A stretch of 64,000 nt of DNA, from assembly GCA_964016885.1 (NCBI GenBank), contig OZ024740.1, forward strand, positions 37,820,001-37,884,000. Reading direction: 5' to 3'. Of this stretch, positions 39,550-54,700 are shown in pieces; the stretch's first letter is position 1; the number at the start of each line of letters is the position of its first letter. The stretch is from Eledone cirrhosa (taxonomy: Eukaryota). A model generated the notes under the pieces. The model was given only the letters and a program-made list of their open reading frames with translations, was not told the DNA's origin and searched no databases. The translations under genes were made by a program, and so were the position numbers.

Positions 39550-42500
39550 TGGTTTATTACAGTTAAAAGACAGTAAAGTTTGTGACAATACCAAGGTTTT
39601 AACAATGGTCCTATGGTTTATTACAGTTAAAAGACAGTATAGTTTGTGACAATACCTAGGTTTAAACAATGGTCCTATGGTTTATTACAGTTAAAAGACA
39701 GTATAGTTTGTGACAATACCTAGGTTTAAACAATGGTCCTATGGTTTATTACAGTTAAAAGACAGTATAGTTTGGGACAATACCTAGGTTTAAACAATGG
39801 TCCTATGGTTTATTACAGTTAAAAGACAGTATAGTTTGTGACAATACCTAGGTTTAAACAATGGTCCTATGGTTTATTGCAGTTAAAAGACAGTATAGTT
39901 TATGACTATACCTAGGTTTAAACAAGGTCCTATGGTTTATTATAGTTAAAAGACAGTATAGTTTGTGACAATATCTAGGTTTAAACAATGGTCCTATAGT
40001 TTATTACAGTTAAAAGACAGTATAGTTTGTGACAATACCTAGGTTTTAACAATGGTCCTATGGTTTATTACAGTTAAAAGACAGTATAGTTTGTGACAAT
40101 ACCTAGGTTTTAACAATGGTCCTATGGTTTATTAGTTAAAAGACAGTATAGTTTGTGACAATACCTAGGTTTAAACAATGGTCCTATGGTTTATTACAGT
40201 TAAAAGACAGTATAGTTTGTGACAATACCTAGGTTTAAACAATGGTCCTATGGTTTATTACAGTTAAAAGACAGTATAGTTTGTGCCAATACCTAGGTTT
40301 AAACAATGGTCCTATGGTTTATTACCGTTAAAAGACAGTATAGTTTGTGCCAATACCTAGGTTTAAACAATGGTCCTATGGTTTATTACAGTTAAAAGAC
40401 AGTATAGTTTGTGACAATACCTAGGTTTAAACAATGGTCCTATGGTTTATTACAGTTAAAAGACAGTATAGTTTGTGACAATACCTAGGTTTAAACAATG
40501 GTCCTATGGTTTATTACAGTTAAAAGACAGTATAGTTTGTGACAATACCTAGGTTTAAACAATGGTCCTATGGTTTATTCGTTAAAAGACAGTATAGTTT
40601 GTGACAATACCTAGGTTTAAACAATGGTCCTATGGTTTATTACAGTTAAAAGACAGTATCGTTTGTGACAATACCTAGGTTTAAACAATGGTCCTATGGT
40701 TTATTACAGTTAAAAGACAGTATAGTTTGTGACAATACCTAGGTTTAAACAATGGTCCTATGGTTTATTACCGTTAAAAGACAGTATAGTTTGTGCCAAT
40801 ACCTAGGTTTAAACAATGGTCCTATGGTTTATTACAGTTAAAAGACAGTATAGTTTGTAACAATACCTAGGTTTAAACAATGGTCCTATGGTTTATTACA
40901 GTTAAAAGACAGTATAGTTTGTGACAATACCTAGGTTTAAACAATGGTCCTATGGTTTATTACAGTTAAAAGACAGTATAGTTTGTGACAATACCTAGGT
41001 TTAAACAATGGTCCTATGGTTTATTACAGTTAAAAGACAGTATAGTTTGTGCCAATACCTAGGTTTTAACAATGGTCCTATGGTTTATTACAGTTAAAAG
41101 ACAGTATAGTTTGTGACAATACCTAGGTTTTAACAATGGTCCTATGGTTTATTAGTTAAAAGACAGTATAGTTTGTGACAATATCTAGGTTTTAACAATG
41201 GTCCTATGCTTTATTAGTTAAAAGACAGTATAGTTTGTGACAATACCTAGGTTTTAACAATGGTCCTATGGTTTATTAGTTAAAAGACAGTATAGTTTGT
41301 GCCAATACCTAGGTTTTAACAATGGTCCTATGGTTTATTACAGTTAAAAGACAGTATAGTTTGTGACAATACCTAGGTTTTAACAATGGTCCTATGGTTT
41401 ATTACAGTTAAAAGACAGTATAGTTTGTGACAATACCTAGGTTTTAACAATGGTCCTATGGTTTATTAGTTAAAAGACAGTATAGTTTGTGCCAATACCT
41501 AGGTTTAAACAATGGTCCTATGGTTTATTACAGTTAAAAGACAGTAAAGTTTGTGACAATACCAAGGTTTTAACAATGGTCCTATGGTTTATTACAGTTA
41601 AAAGACAGTATAGTTTGTGACAATACCTAGGTTTAAACAATGGTCCTATGGTTTATTACAGTTAAAAGACAGTATAGTTTGTGACAATACCTAGGTTTAA
41701 ACAATGGTCCTATGGTTTATTACAGTTAAAAGACAGTATAGTTTGGGACAATACCTAGGTTTAAACAATGGTCCTATGGTTTATTACAGTTAAAAGACAG
41801 TATAGTTTGTGACAATACCTAGGTTTAAACAATGGTCCTATGGTTTATTGCAGTTAAAAGACAGTATAGTTTATGACTATACCTAGGTTTAAACAAGGTC
41901 CTATGGTTTATTATAGTTAAAAGACAGTATAGTTTGTGACAATATCTAGGTTTAAACAATGGTCCTATAGTTTATTACAGTTAAAAGACAGTATAGTTTG
42001 TGACAATACCTAGGTTTTAACAATGGTCCTATGGTTTATTACAGTTAAAAGACAGTATAGTTTGTGACAATACCTAGGTTTTAACAATGGTCCTATGGTT
42101 TATTAGTTAAAAGACAGTATAGTTTGTGACAATACCTAGGTTTAAACAATGGTCCTATGGTTTATTACAGTTAAAAGACAGTATAGTTTGTGACAATACC
42201 TAGGTTTAAACAATGGTCCTATGGTTTATTACAGTTAAAAGACAGTATAGTTTGTGCCAATACCTAGGTTTAAACAATGGTCCTATGGTTTATTACCGTT
42301 AAAAGACAGTATAGTTTGTGCCAATACCTAGGTTTAAACAATGGTCCTATGGTTTATTACAGTTAAAAGACAGTATAGTTTGTGACAATACCTAGGTTTA
42401 AACAATGGTCCTATGGTTTATTACAGTTAAAAGACAGTATAGTTTGTGACAATACCTAGGTTTAAACAATGGTCCTATGGTTTATTACAGTTAAAAGACA

Positions 42501-43130
42501 GTATAGTTTGTGACAATACCTAGGTTTAAACAATGGTCCTATGGTTTATTCGTTAAAAGACAGTATAGTTTGTGACAATACCTAGGTTTAAACAATGGTC
42601 CTATGGTTTATTACAGTTAAAAGACAGTATCGTTTGTGACAATACCTAGGTTTAAACAATGGTCCTATGGTTTATTACAGTTAAAAGACAGTATAGTTTG
42701 TGACAATACCTAGGTTTAAACAATGGTCCTATGGTTTATTACCGTTAAAAGACAGTATAGTTTGTGCCAATACCTAGGTTTAAACAATGGTCCTATGGTT
42801 TATTACAGTTAAAAGACAGTATAGTTTGTAACAATACCTAGGTTTAAACAATGGTCCTATGGTTTATTACAGTTAAAAGACAGTATAGTTTGTGACAATA
42901 CCTAGGTTTAAACAATGGTCCTATGGTTTATTACAGTTAAAAGACAGTATAGTTTGTGACAATACCTAGGTTTAAACAATGGTCCTATGGTTTATTACAG
43001 TTAAAAGACAGTATAGTTTGTGCCAATACCTAGGTTTTAACAATGGTCCTATGGTTTATTACAGTTAAAAGACAGTATAGTTTGTGACAATACCTAGGTT
43101 TTAACAATGGTCCTATGGTTTATTACAGTT
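39550..43130 (+). repeat. Tandem duplication, 1971-bp offset (31 monomers)
   Basis: TTATTGCAG at 39879/41850, TTATTCGTT at 40580/42551 and TGTAACAAT at 40859/42830. All offsets are 1971 = 31x64-13. Confidence 0.9.
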
Positions 43131-46100
43131 AAAAGACAGTATAGTTTGTGACAATACCTAGGTTTTAACAATGGTCCTATGGTTTATTAGTTAAAAGACA
43201 GTATAGTTTGTGACAATATCTAGGTTTTAACAATGGTCCTATGCTTTATTAGTTAAAAGACAGTATAGTTTGTGACAATACCTAGGTTTTAACAATGGTC
43301 CTATGGTTTATTAGTTAAAAGACAGTATAGTGTGTGACAATACCTAGGTTTAAACAATGGTCTTATGGTCTATTACAGTTAAAAGACAGTATAATTTGTG
43401 ACAATACCTAGGTTTAAACAATGGTCCTGTGGTTTATTACAGTTAAAAGACAGTATAGTGTGTGACAATACATAGGTTTAAACAATGGTCCTATGGTTTA
43501 TTACGGTAAAAAGACAGTATAGTTTGTGACAATACCTAGGTTTTAACAATGGTCCTATGGTTTATTAGTTAAAAGACAGTATAGTTTGTGACAATACCTA
43601 GGTTTAAACAATGGTCCTATGGTTTATTACAGTTAAAAGAGAGTATAGTTTGTGACAATACCTAGGTTTTAAAATGGTCCTATGGTTTATTAGTTAAAAG
43701 ACAGTATAGTTTGTGACAATACCTAAGTTTAAACAATGGTCCTATGGTTTATTACAGTTAAAAGACAGTATAGTTTGTGACAATACCTAGGTTTTAACAA
43801 TGGTCCTATGGTTTATTAGTTAAAAGACAGTATAGTTTGTGACAATACCTAGGTTTAAACAATGGTCCCATGGTTTATTACAGTTAAAAGACAGTATAGT
43901 TTGTGACTATACCTAGGTTTAAACAATGGTCGTATGGTTTATTACAGTTAAAAGACAGTATAGTTTGTGACAATACCTAGGTTTAAATAATGGTCCTATG
44001 GTTTATTACAGTTAAAAGACAGTATAGTTTGTGACTATACCTAGGTTTAAACAATGGTCGTATGGTTTATTACAGTTAAAAGACAGTATAGTTTGTGACA
44101 ATACCTAGGTTTAAACAATGGTCCTATGGTTTATTACAGTTAAAAGACAGTATAGTTTGTGACAATATCTAGGTTTTAACAATGGTCCTATGGTTTATTA
44201 CAGTTAAAAGACAGTATAGTTTGTGACAATACCTAGGTTTAAACAATGGTCCTATGGTTTATTACTGTTAAAAGACAGTATAGTTTGTGACTATACCTAG
44301 GTTTAAACAATGGTCCTATGGTTTATTACAGTTAAAAGACAGTATAGTGTGTGACAATACCTAGGTTTAAACAATGGTCCTATGGTTTATTACAGTTAAA
44401 AGACAGTATAGTTTGTGACAATACCTAGGTTTAAACAATGGTCCTATGGTTTATTACAGTTAAAAGACAGTATAGTTTGTGACAATACCTAGGTTTAAAC
44501 AATGGTCCTATGGTTTATTCGTTAAAAGACAGTATAGTTTGTGACAATACCTAGGTTTAAACAATGGTCCTATGGTTTATTACAGTTAAAAGACAGTATC
44601 GTTTGTGACAATACCTAGGTTTAAACAATGGTCCTATGGTTTATTACAGTTAAAAGACAGTATAGTTTGTGACAATACCTAGGTTTAAACAATGGTCCTA
44701 TGGTTTATTACAGTTAAAAGACAGTATAGTTTGTGCCAATACCTAGGTTTAAACAATGGTCCTATGGTTTATTACAGTTAAAAGACAGTATAGTTTGTGA
44801 CAATACCTAGGTTTAAACAATGGTCCTATGGTTTATTACAGTTAAAAGACAGTATAGTTTGTGACAATACCTAGGTTTAAACAATGGTCCTATGGTTTAT
44901 TACAGTTAAAAGACAGTATAGTTTGTGCCAATACCTAGGTTTTAACAATGGTCCTATGGTTTATTACAGTTAAAAGACAGTATAGTTTGTGACAATACCT
45001 AGGTTTTAACAATGGTCCTATGGTTTATTACAGTTAAAAGACAGTATAGTTTGTGACAATACCTAGGTTTTAACAATGGTCCTATGGTTTATTAGTTAAA
45101 AGACAGTATAGTTTGTGACAATACCTAGGTTTAAACAATGGTCCTATGGTTTATTACAGTTAAAAGACAGTATAGTTTGTGACAATATCTAGGTTTTAAC
45201 AATGGTCCTATGGTTTATTACAGTTAAAAGACAGTATAGTTTGTGACAATACCTAGGTTTAAACAATGGTCCTATGGTTTATTACTGTTAAAAGACAGTA
45301 TAGTTTGTGACTATACCTAGGTTTAAACAATGGTCCTATGGTTTATTACAGTTAAAAGACAGTATAGTGTGTGACAATACCTAGGTTTAAACAATGGTCC
45401 TATGGTTTATTACAGTTAAAAGACAGTATAGTTTGTGACAATACCTAGGTTTAAACAATGGTCCTATGGTTTATTACAGTTAAAAGACAGTATAGTTTGT
45501 GACAATACCTAGGTTTAAACAATGGTCCTATGGTTTATTCGTTAAAAGACAGTATAGTTTGTGACAATACCTAGGTTTAAACAATGGTCCTATGGTTTAT
45601 TACAGTTAAAAGACAGTATCGTTTGTGACAATACCTAGGTTTAAACAATGGTCCTATGGTTTATTACAGTTAAAAGACAGTATAGTTTGTGACAATACCT
45701 AGGTTTAAACAATGGTCCTATGGTTTATTACAGTTAAAAGACAGTATAGTTTGTGCCAATACCTAGGTTTAAACAATGGTCCTATGGTTTATTACAGTTA
45801 AAAGACAGTATAGTTTGTGACAATACCTAGGTTTAAACAATGGTCCTATGGTTTATTACAGTTAAAAGACAGTATAGTTTGTGACAATACCTAGGTTTAA
45901 ACAATGGTCCTATGGTTTATTACAGTTAAAAGACAGTATAGTTTGTGCCAATACCTAGGTTTTAACAATGGTCCTATGGTTTATTACAGTTAAAAGACAG
46001 TATAGTTTGTGACAATACCTAGGTTTAAACAATGGTCCTATGGTTTATTACAGTTAAAAGACAGTATAGTTTGTGACAATATCTAGGTTTTAACAATGGT

Positions 46101-48600
46101 CCTATGGTTTATTACAGTTAAAAGACAGTATAGTTTGTGACAATACCTAGGTTTAAACAATGGTCCTATGGTTTATTACTGTTAAAAGACAGTATAGTTT
46201 GTGACTATACCTAGGTTTAAACAATGGTCCTATGGTTTATTACAGTTAAAAGACAGTATAGTGTGTGACAATACCTAGGTTTAAACAATGGTCCTATGGT
46301 TTATTACAGTTAAAAGACAGTATAGTTTGTGACAATACCTAGGTTTAAACAATGGTCCTATGGTTTATTACAGTTAAAAGACAGTATAGTTTGTGACAAT
46401 ACCTAGGTTTAAACAATGGTCCTATGGTTTATTCGTTAAAAGACAGTATAGTTTGTGACAATACCTAGGTTTAAACAATGGTCCTATGGTTTATTACAGT
46501 TAAAAGACAGTATCGTTTGTGACAATACCTAGGTTTAAACAATGGTCCTATGGTTTATTACAGTTAAAAGACAGTATAGTTTGTGACAATACCTAGGTTT
46601 AAACAATGGTCCTATGGTTTATTACAGTTAAAAGACAGTATAGTTTGTGCCAATACCTAGGTTTAAACAATGGTCCTATGGTTTATTACAGTTAAAAGAC
46701 AGTATAGTTTGTGACAATACCTAGGTTTAAACAATGGTCCTATGGTTTATTACAGTTAAAAGACAGTATAGTTTGTGACAATACCTAGGTTTAAACAATG
46801 GTCCTATGGTTTATTACAGTTAAAAGACAGTATAGTTTGTGCCAATACCTAGGTTTTAACAATGGTCCTATGGTTTATTACAGTTAAAAGACAGTATAGT
46901 TTGTGACAATACCTAGGTTTTAACAATGGTCCTATGGTTTATTACAGTTAAAAGACAGTATAGTTTGTGACAATACCTAGGTTTTAACAATGGTCCTATG
47001 GTTTATTAGTTAAAAGACAGTATAGTTTGTGACAATATCTAGGTTTTAACAATGGTCCTATGCTTTATTAGTTAAAAGACAGTATAGTTTGTGACAATAC
47101 CTAGGTTTTAACAATGGTCCTATGGTTTATTAGTTAAAAGACAGTATAGTGTGTGACAATACCTAGGTTTAAACAATGGTCTTATGGTCTATTACAGTTA
47201 AAAGACAGTATAATTTGTGACAATACCTAGGTTTAAACAATGGTCCTGTGGTTTATTACAGTTAAAAGACAGTATAGTGTGTGACAATACATAGGTTTAA
47301 ACAATGGTCCTATGGTTTATTACGGTAAAAAGACAGTATAGTTTGTGACAATACCTAGGTTTTAACAATGGTCCTATGGTTTATTAGTTAAAAGACAGTA
47401 TAGTTTGTGACAATACCTAGGTTTAAACAATGGTCCTATGGTTTATTACAGTTAAAAGAGAGTATAGTTTGTGACAATACCTAGGTTTTAAAATGGTCCT
47501 ATGGTTTATTAGTTAAAAGACAGTATAGTTTGTGACAATACCTAAGTTTAAACAATGGTCCTATGGTTTATTACAGTTAAAAGACAGTATAGTTTGTGAC
47601 AATACCTAGGTTTTAACAATGGTCCTATGGTTTATTAGTTAAAAGACAGTATAGTTTGTGACAATACCTAGGTTTAAACAATGGTCCCATGGTTTATTAC
47701 AGTTAAAAGACAGTATAGTTTGTGACTATACCTAGGTTTAAACAATGGTCGTATGGTTTATTACAGTTAAAAGACAGTATAGTTTGTGACAATACCTAGG
47801 TTTAAACAATGGTCCTATGGTTTATTACAGTTAAAAGACAGTATAGTTTGTGACTATACCTAGGTTTAAACAATGGTCGTATGGTTTATTACAGTTAAAA
47901 GACAGTATAGTTTGTGACAATACCTAGGTTTAAACAATGGTCCTATGGTTTATTACAGTTAAAAGACAGTATAGTTTGTGACAATATCTAGGTTTTAACA
48001 ATGGTCCTATGGTTTATTACAGTTAAAAGACAGTATAGTTTGTGACAATACCTAGGTTTAAACAATGGTCCTATGGTTTATTACTGTTAAAAGACAGTAT
48101 AGTTTGTGACTATACCTAGGTTTAAACAATGGTCCTATGGTTTATTACAGTTAAAAGACAGTATAGTGTGTGACAATACCTAGGTTTAAACAATGGTCCT
48201 ATGGTTTATTACAGTTAAAAGACAGTATAGTTTGTGACAATACCTAGGTTTAAACAATGGTCCTATGGTTTATTACAGTTAAAAGACAGTATAGTTTGTG
48301 ACAATACCTAGGTTTAAACAATGGTCCTATGGTTTATTCGTTAAAAGACAGTATAGTTTGTGACAATACCTAGGTTTAAACAATGGTCCTATGGTTTATT
48401 ACAGTTAAAAGACAGTATCGTTTGTGACAATACCTAGGTTTAAACAATGGTCCTATGGTTTATTACAGTTAAAAGACAGTATAGTTTGTGACAATACCTA
48501 GGTTTAAACAATGGTCCTATGGTTTATTACAGTTAAAAGACAGTATAGTTTGTGCCAATACCTAGGTTTAAACAATGGTCCTATGGTTTATTACCGTTAA
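43000..48600 (+). repeat. Nested duplications: 14-16-monomer block amplified inside a 3819-bp-offset duplication
   Basis: TTATTCGTT followed by GTATCGTTT at 44520, 45540, 46434 and 48339 (offsets 1020, 894, 1905). ATGCTTT at 43241/47060 gives offset 3819 = 1020+894+1905. Confidence 0.85.
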
Positions 48601-49619
48601 AAGACAGTATAGTTTGTGCCAATACCTAGGTTTGAACAATGGTCCTATGGTTTATTACAGTTAAAAGACAGTATAGTTTGTGACAATACCTAGGTTTAAA
48701 CAATGGTCCTATGGTTTATTACAGTTAAAAGACAGTATAGTTTGTGACAATACCTAGGTTTAAACAATGGTCCTATGGTTTATTACAGTTAAAAGACAGT
48801 ATAGTTTGTGACAATACCTAGGTTTAAACAATGGTCCTATGGTTTATTACAGTTAAAAGACAGTATAGTTTGTGCCAATACCTAGGTTTTAACAATGGTC
48901 CTATGGTTTATTACAGTTAAAAGACAGTATAGTTTGTGACAATACCTAGGTTTTAACAATGGTCCTATGGTTTATTAGTTAAAAGACAGTATAGTTTGTG
49001 ACAATATCTAGGTTTTAACAATGGTCCTATGCTTTATTAGTTAAAAGACAGTATAGTTTGTGACAATACCTAGGTTTTAACAATGGTCCTATGGTTTATT
49101 AGTTAAAAGACAGTATAGTGTGTGACAATACCTAGGTTTAAACAATGGTCTTATGGTCTATTACAGTTAAAAGACAGTATAATTTGTGACAATACCTAGG
49201 TTTAAACAATGGTCCTGTGGTTTATTACAGTTAAAAGACAGTATAGTGTGTGACAATACATAGGTTTAAACAATGGTCCTATGGTTTATTACGGTAAAAA
49301 GACAGTATAGTTTGTGACAATACCTAGGTTTTAACAATGGTCCTATGGTTTATTAGTTAAAAGACAGTATAGTTTGTGACAATACCTAGGTTTAAACAAT
49401 GGTCCTATGGTTTATTACAGTTAAAAGAGAGTATAGTTTGTGACAATACCTAGGTTTTAAAATGGTCCTATGGTTTATTAGTTAAAAGACAGTATAGTTT
49501 GTGACAATACCTAAGTTTAAACAATGGTCCTATGGTTTATTACAGTTAAAAGACAGTATAGTTTGTGACAATACCTAGGTTTTAACAATGGTCCTATGGT
49601 TTATTACAGTTAAAAGACA

Positions 49620-52600
49620 GTATAGTTTGTGACAATACCTAGGTTTAAACAATGGTCCCATGGTTTATTACAGTTAAAAGACAGTATAGTTTGTGACTAT
49701 ACCTAGGTTTAAACAATGGTCGTATGGTTTATTACAGTTAAAAGACAGTATAGTTTGTGACAATACCTAGGTTTAAACAATGGTCCTATGGTTTATTACA
49801 GTTAAAAGACAGTATAGTTTGTGACAATACCTAGGTTTAAACAATGGTCCTATGGTTTATTACAGTTAAAAGACAGTAAAGTTTGTGACAATACCAAGGT
49901 TTTAACAATGGTCCTATGGTTTATTACAGTTAAAAGACAGTATAGTTTGTGACAATACCTAGGTTTAAACAATGGTCCTATGGTTTATTACAGTTAAAAG
50001 ACAGTATAGTTTGTGACAATACCTAGGTTTAAACAATGGTCCTATGGTTTATTACAGTTAAAAGACAGTATAGTTTGGGACAATACCTAGGTTTAAACAA
50101 TGGTCCTATGGTTTATTACAGTTAAAAGACAGTATAGTTTGTGACAATACCTAGGTTTAAACAATGGTCCTATGGTTTATTACAGTTAAAAGACAGTATA
50201 GTTTATGACTATACCTAGGTTTAAACAAGGTCCTATGGTTTATTATAGTTAAAAGACAGTATAGTTTGTGACAATATCTAGGTTTAAACAATGGTCCTAT
50301 AGTTTATTACAGTTAAAAGACAGTATAGTTTGTGACAATACCTAGGTTTTAACAATGGTCCTATGGTTTATTACAGTTAAAAGACAGTATAGTTTGTGAC
50401 AATACCTAGGTTTTAACAATGGTCCTATGGTTTATTAGTTAAAAGACAGTATAGTTTGTGACAATACCTAGGTTTAAACAATGGTCCTATGGTTTATTAC
50501 AGTTAAAAGACAGTATAGTTTGTGACAATACCTAGGTTTAAACAATGGTCCTATGGTTTATTACAGTTAAAAGACAGTATAGTTTGTGCCAATACCTAGG
50601 TTTAAACAATGGTCCTATGGTTTATTACCGTTAAAAGACAGTATAGTTTGTGCCAATACCTAGGTTTAAACAATGGTCCTATGGTTTATTACAGTTAAAA
50701 GACAGTATAGTTTGTGACAATACCTAGGTTTAAACAATGGTCCTATGGTTTATTACAGTTAAAAGACAGTATAGTTTGTGACAATACCTAGGTTTAAACA
50801 ATGGTCCTATGGTTTATTACAGTTAAAAGACAGTATAGTTTGTGACAATACCTAGGTTTAAACAATGGTCCTATGGTTTATTACAGTTAAAAGACAGTAT
50901 AGTTTGTGCCAATACCTAGGTTTAAACAATGGTCCTATGGTTTATTACAGTTAAAAGACAGTATAGTTTGTGCCAATATCTAGGTTTAAACAATGGTCCT
51001 ATGGTTTATTACAGTTAAAAGACAGTATAGTTTGTGCCAATACCTAGGTTTAAACAATGGTCCTATGGTTTATTACAGTTAAAAGACAGTATAGTTTGTG
51101 ACAATACCTAGGTTTAAACAATGGTCCTATGGTTTATTACACTTAAAAGACAGTATAGTTTGTGACAATACCTAGGTTTAAACAATGGTCATATGGTTTA
51201 TTACAGTTAAAAGACAGTATAGTTTGTGACAATACCTAGGTTTAAACAATGGTCCTATGGTTTATTACAGTTAAAAGACAGTATAGTTTGTGCCAATACC
51301 TAGGTTTAAACAATGGTCCTATGGTTTATTACAGTTAAAAGACAGTATAGTTTGTGACAATACCTAGGTTTAAACAATGGTCCTATGGTTTATTACGGTA
51401 AAAAGACTATATAGTTTGTGACAATACCTAGGTTTAAACAATGGTCCTATGGTTTATTACAATTAAAAGACAGTATAGTTTGTGACAATACCTAGGTTTA
51501 AACAATGGTCCTATGGTTTATTACAGTTAAAAGACAGTATAGTTTGTGACAATACCTAGGTTTAAACAATGGTCCTATGGTTTATTACAGTTAAAAGACA
51601 GTATAGTTTGTGACAATACCTAGGTTTAAACAATGGTCCTATGGTTTATTACAGTTAAAAGACAGTATAGTTTGTGACAATACCTAGGTTTTAACAACGG
51701 TCCTATGGTTTATTACAGTTAAAAGACAGTATAGTTTGTGACAATACCTAGGTTTAAACAATGGTCCTATGGTTTATTACGGTAAAAAGACAGTATAGTT
51801 TGTGACAATACCTAGGTTTAAACAATGGTCCTATGGTTTATTACAGTTAAAAGACAGTATAGTTTGTGACAATACCTAGGTTTAAACAATGGTCCTATGG
51901 TTTATTACAGTTAAAAGACAGTATAGTTTGTGCCAATACCTAGGTTTAAACAATGGTCCTATGGTTTATTACAGTTAAAAGACAGTATAGTTTGTGCCGA
52001 TACCTAGGTTTAAACAATGGTCCTATGGTTTATTACAGTTAAAAGACAGTATAGTTTGTGCCAATACCTAGGTTTAAACAATGGTCCTATGGTTTATTAC
52101 AGTTAAAAGACAGTATAGTTTGTGACAATACCTAGGTTTAAACAATGGTCCTATGGTTTATTACACTTAAAAGACAGTATAGTTTGTGACAATACCTAGG
52201 TTTAAACAATGGTCCTATGGTTTATTACAGTTAAAAGACAGTATAGTTTGTGACAATACCTAGGTTTAAACAATGGTCCTATGGTTTATTACAGTTAAAA
52301 GACAGTATAGTTTGTGACAATACCTAGGTTTAAACAATGGTCCTATGGTTTATTACAGTTAAAAGACAGTATAGTTTGTGCCAATACCTAGGTTTAAACA
52401 ATGGTCCTATGGTTTATTACAGTTAAAAGACAGTATAGTTTGTGCCAATATCTAGGTTTAAACAATGGTCCTATGGTTTATTACAGTTAAAAGACAGTAT
52501 AGTTTGTGCCAATACCTAGGTTTAAACAATGGTCCTATGGTTTATTACAGTTAAAAGACAGTATAGTTTGTGACAATACCTAGGTTTAAACAATGGTCCT

Positions 52601-54700
52601 ATGGTTTATTACAGTTAAAAGACAGTATAGTTTGTGACAATACCTAGGTTTAAACAATGGTCCTATGGTTTATTACAGTTAAAAGACAGTATAGTTTGTG
52701 ACAATACCTAGGTTTAAACAATGGTCCCATGGTTTATTACAGTTAAAAGACAGTATAGTTTGTGACTATACCTAGGTTTAAACAATGGTCGTATGGTTTA
52801 TTACAGTTAAAAGACAGTATAGTTTGTGACAATACCTAGGTTTAAACAATGGTCCTATGGTTTATTACAGTTAAAAGACAGTATAGTTTGTGACAATACC
52901 TAGGTTTAAACAATGGTCCTATGGTTTATTACAGTTAAAAGACAGTAAAGTTTGTGACAATACCAAGGTTTTAACAATGGTCCTATGGTTTATTACAGTT
53001 AAAAGACAGTATAGTTTGTGACAATACCTAGGTTTAAACAATGGTCCTATGGTTTATTACAGTTAAAAGACAGTATAGTTTGTGACAATACCTAGGTTTA
53101 AACAATGGTCCTATGGTTTATTACAGTTAAAAGACAGTATAGTTTGGGACAATACCTAGGTTTAAACAATGGTCCTATGGTTTATTACAGTTAAAAGACA
53201 GTATAGTTTGTGACAATACCTAGGTTTAAACAATGGTCCTATGGTTTATTACAGTTAAAAGACAGTATAGTTTATGACTATACCTAGGTTTAAACAAGGT
53301 CCTATGGTTTATTATAGTTAAAAGACAGTATAGTTTGTGACAATATCTAGGTTTAAACAATGGTCCTATAGTTTATTACAGTTAAAAGACAGTATAGTTT
53401 GTGACAATACCTAGGTTTTAACAATGGTCCTATGGTTTATTACAGTTAAAAGACAGTATAGTTTGTGACAATACCTAGGTTTTAACAATGGTCCTATGGT
53501 TTATTAGTTAAAAGACAGTATAGTTTGTGACAATACCTAGGTTTAAACAATGGTCCTATGGTTTATTACAGTTAAAAGACAGTATAGTTTGTGACAATAC
53601 CTAGGTTTAAACAATGGTCCTATGGTTTATTACAGTTAAAAGACAGTATAGTTTGTGCCAATACCTAGGTTTAAACAATGGTCCTATGGTTTATTACCGT
53701 TAAAAGACAGTATAGTTTGTGCCAATACCTAGGTTTAAACAATGGTCCTATGGTTTATTACAGTTAAAAGACAGTATAGTTTGTGACAATACCTAGGTTT
53801 AAACAATGGTCCTATGGTTTATTACAGTTAAAAGACAGTATAGTTTGTGACAATACCTAGGTTTAAACAATGGTCCTATGGTTTATTACAGTTAAAAGAC
53901 AGTATAGTTTGTGACAATACCTAGGTTTAAACAATGGTCCTATGGTTTATTACAGTTAAAAGACAGTATAGTTTGTGCCAATACCTAGGTTTAAACAATG
54001 GTCCTATGGTTTATTACAGTTAAAAGACAGTATAGTTTGTGCCAATATCTAGGTTTAAACAATGGTCCTATGGTTTATTACAGTTAAAAGACAGTATAGT
54101 TTGTGCCAATACCTAGGTTTAAACAATGGTCCTATGGTTTATTACAGTTAAAAGACAGTATAGTTTGTGACAATACTTAGGTTTAAACAATGGTCCTATG
54201 GTTTATTACACTTAAAAGACAGTATAGTTTGTGACAATACCTAGGTTTAAACAATGGTCATATGGTTTATTACAGTTAAAAGACAGTATAGTTTGTGACA
54301 ATACCTAGGTTTAAACAATGGTCCTATGGTTTATTACAGTTAAAAGACAGTATAGTTTGTGCCAATACCTAGGTTTAAACAATGGTCCTATGGTTTATTA
54401 CAGTTAAAAGACAGTATAGTTTGTGACAATACCTAGGTTTAAACAATGGTCCTATGGTTTATTACGGTAAAAAGACTATATAGTTTGTGACAATACCTAG
54501 GTTTAAACAATGGTCCTATGGTTTATTACAATTAAAAGACAGTATAGTTTGTGACAATACCTAGGTTTAAACAATGGTCCTATGGTTTATTACAGTTAAA
54601 AGACAGTATAGTTTGTGACAATACCTAGGTTTAAACAATGGTCCTATGGTTTATTACAGTTAAAAGACAGTATAGTTTGTGACAATACCTAGGTTTAAAC
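49620..54700 (+). repeat. Duplication, 3069-bp offset (48 monomers), about 2-kb shared block
   Basis: GGTCATATGG at 51191/54260 and AAAGACTATATAG at 51405/54474, each followed by TACAATTAA. Offset 3069 = 48x64-3. Confidence 0.88.
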
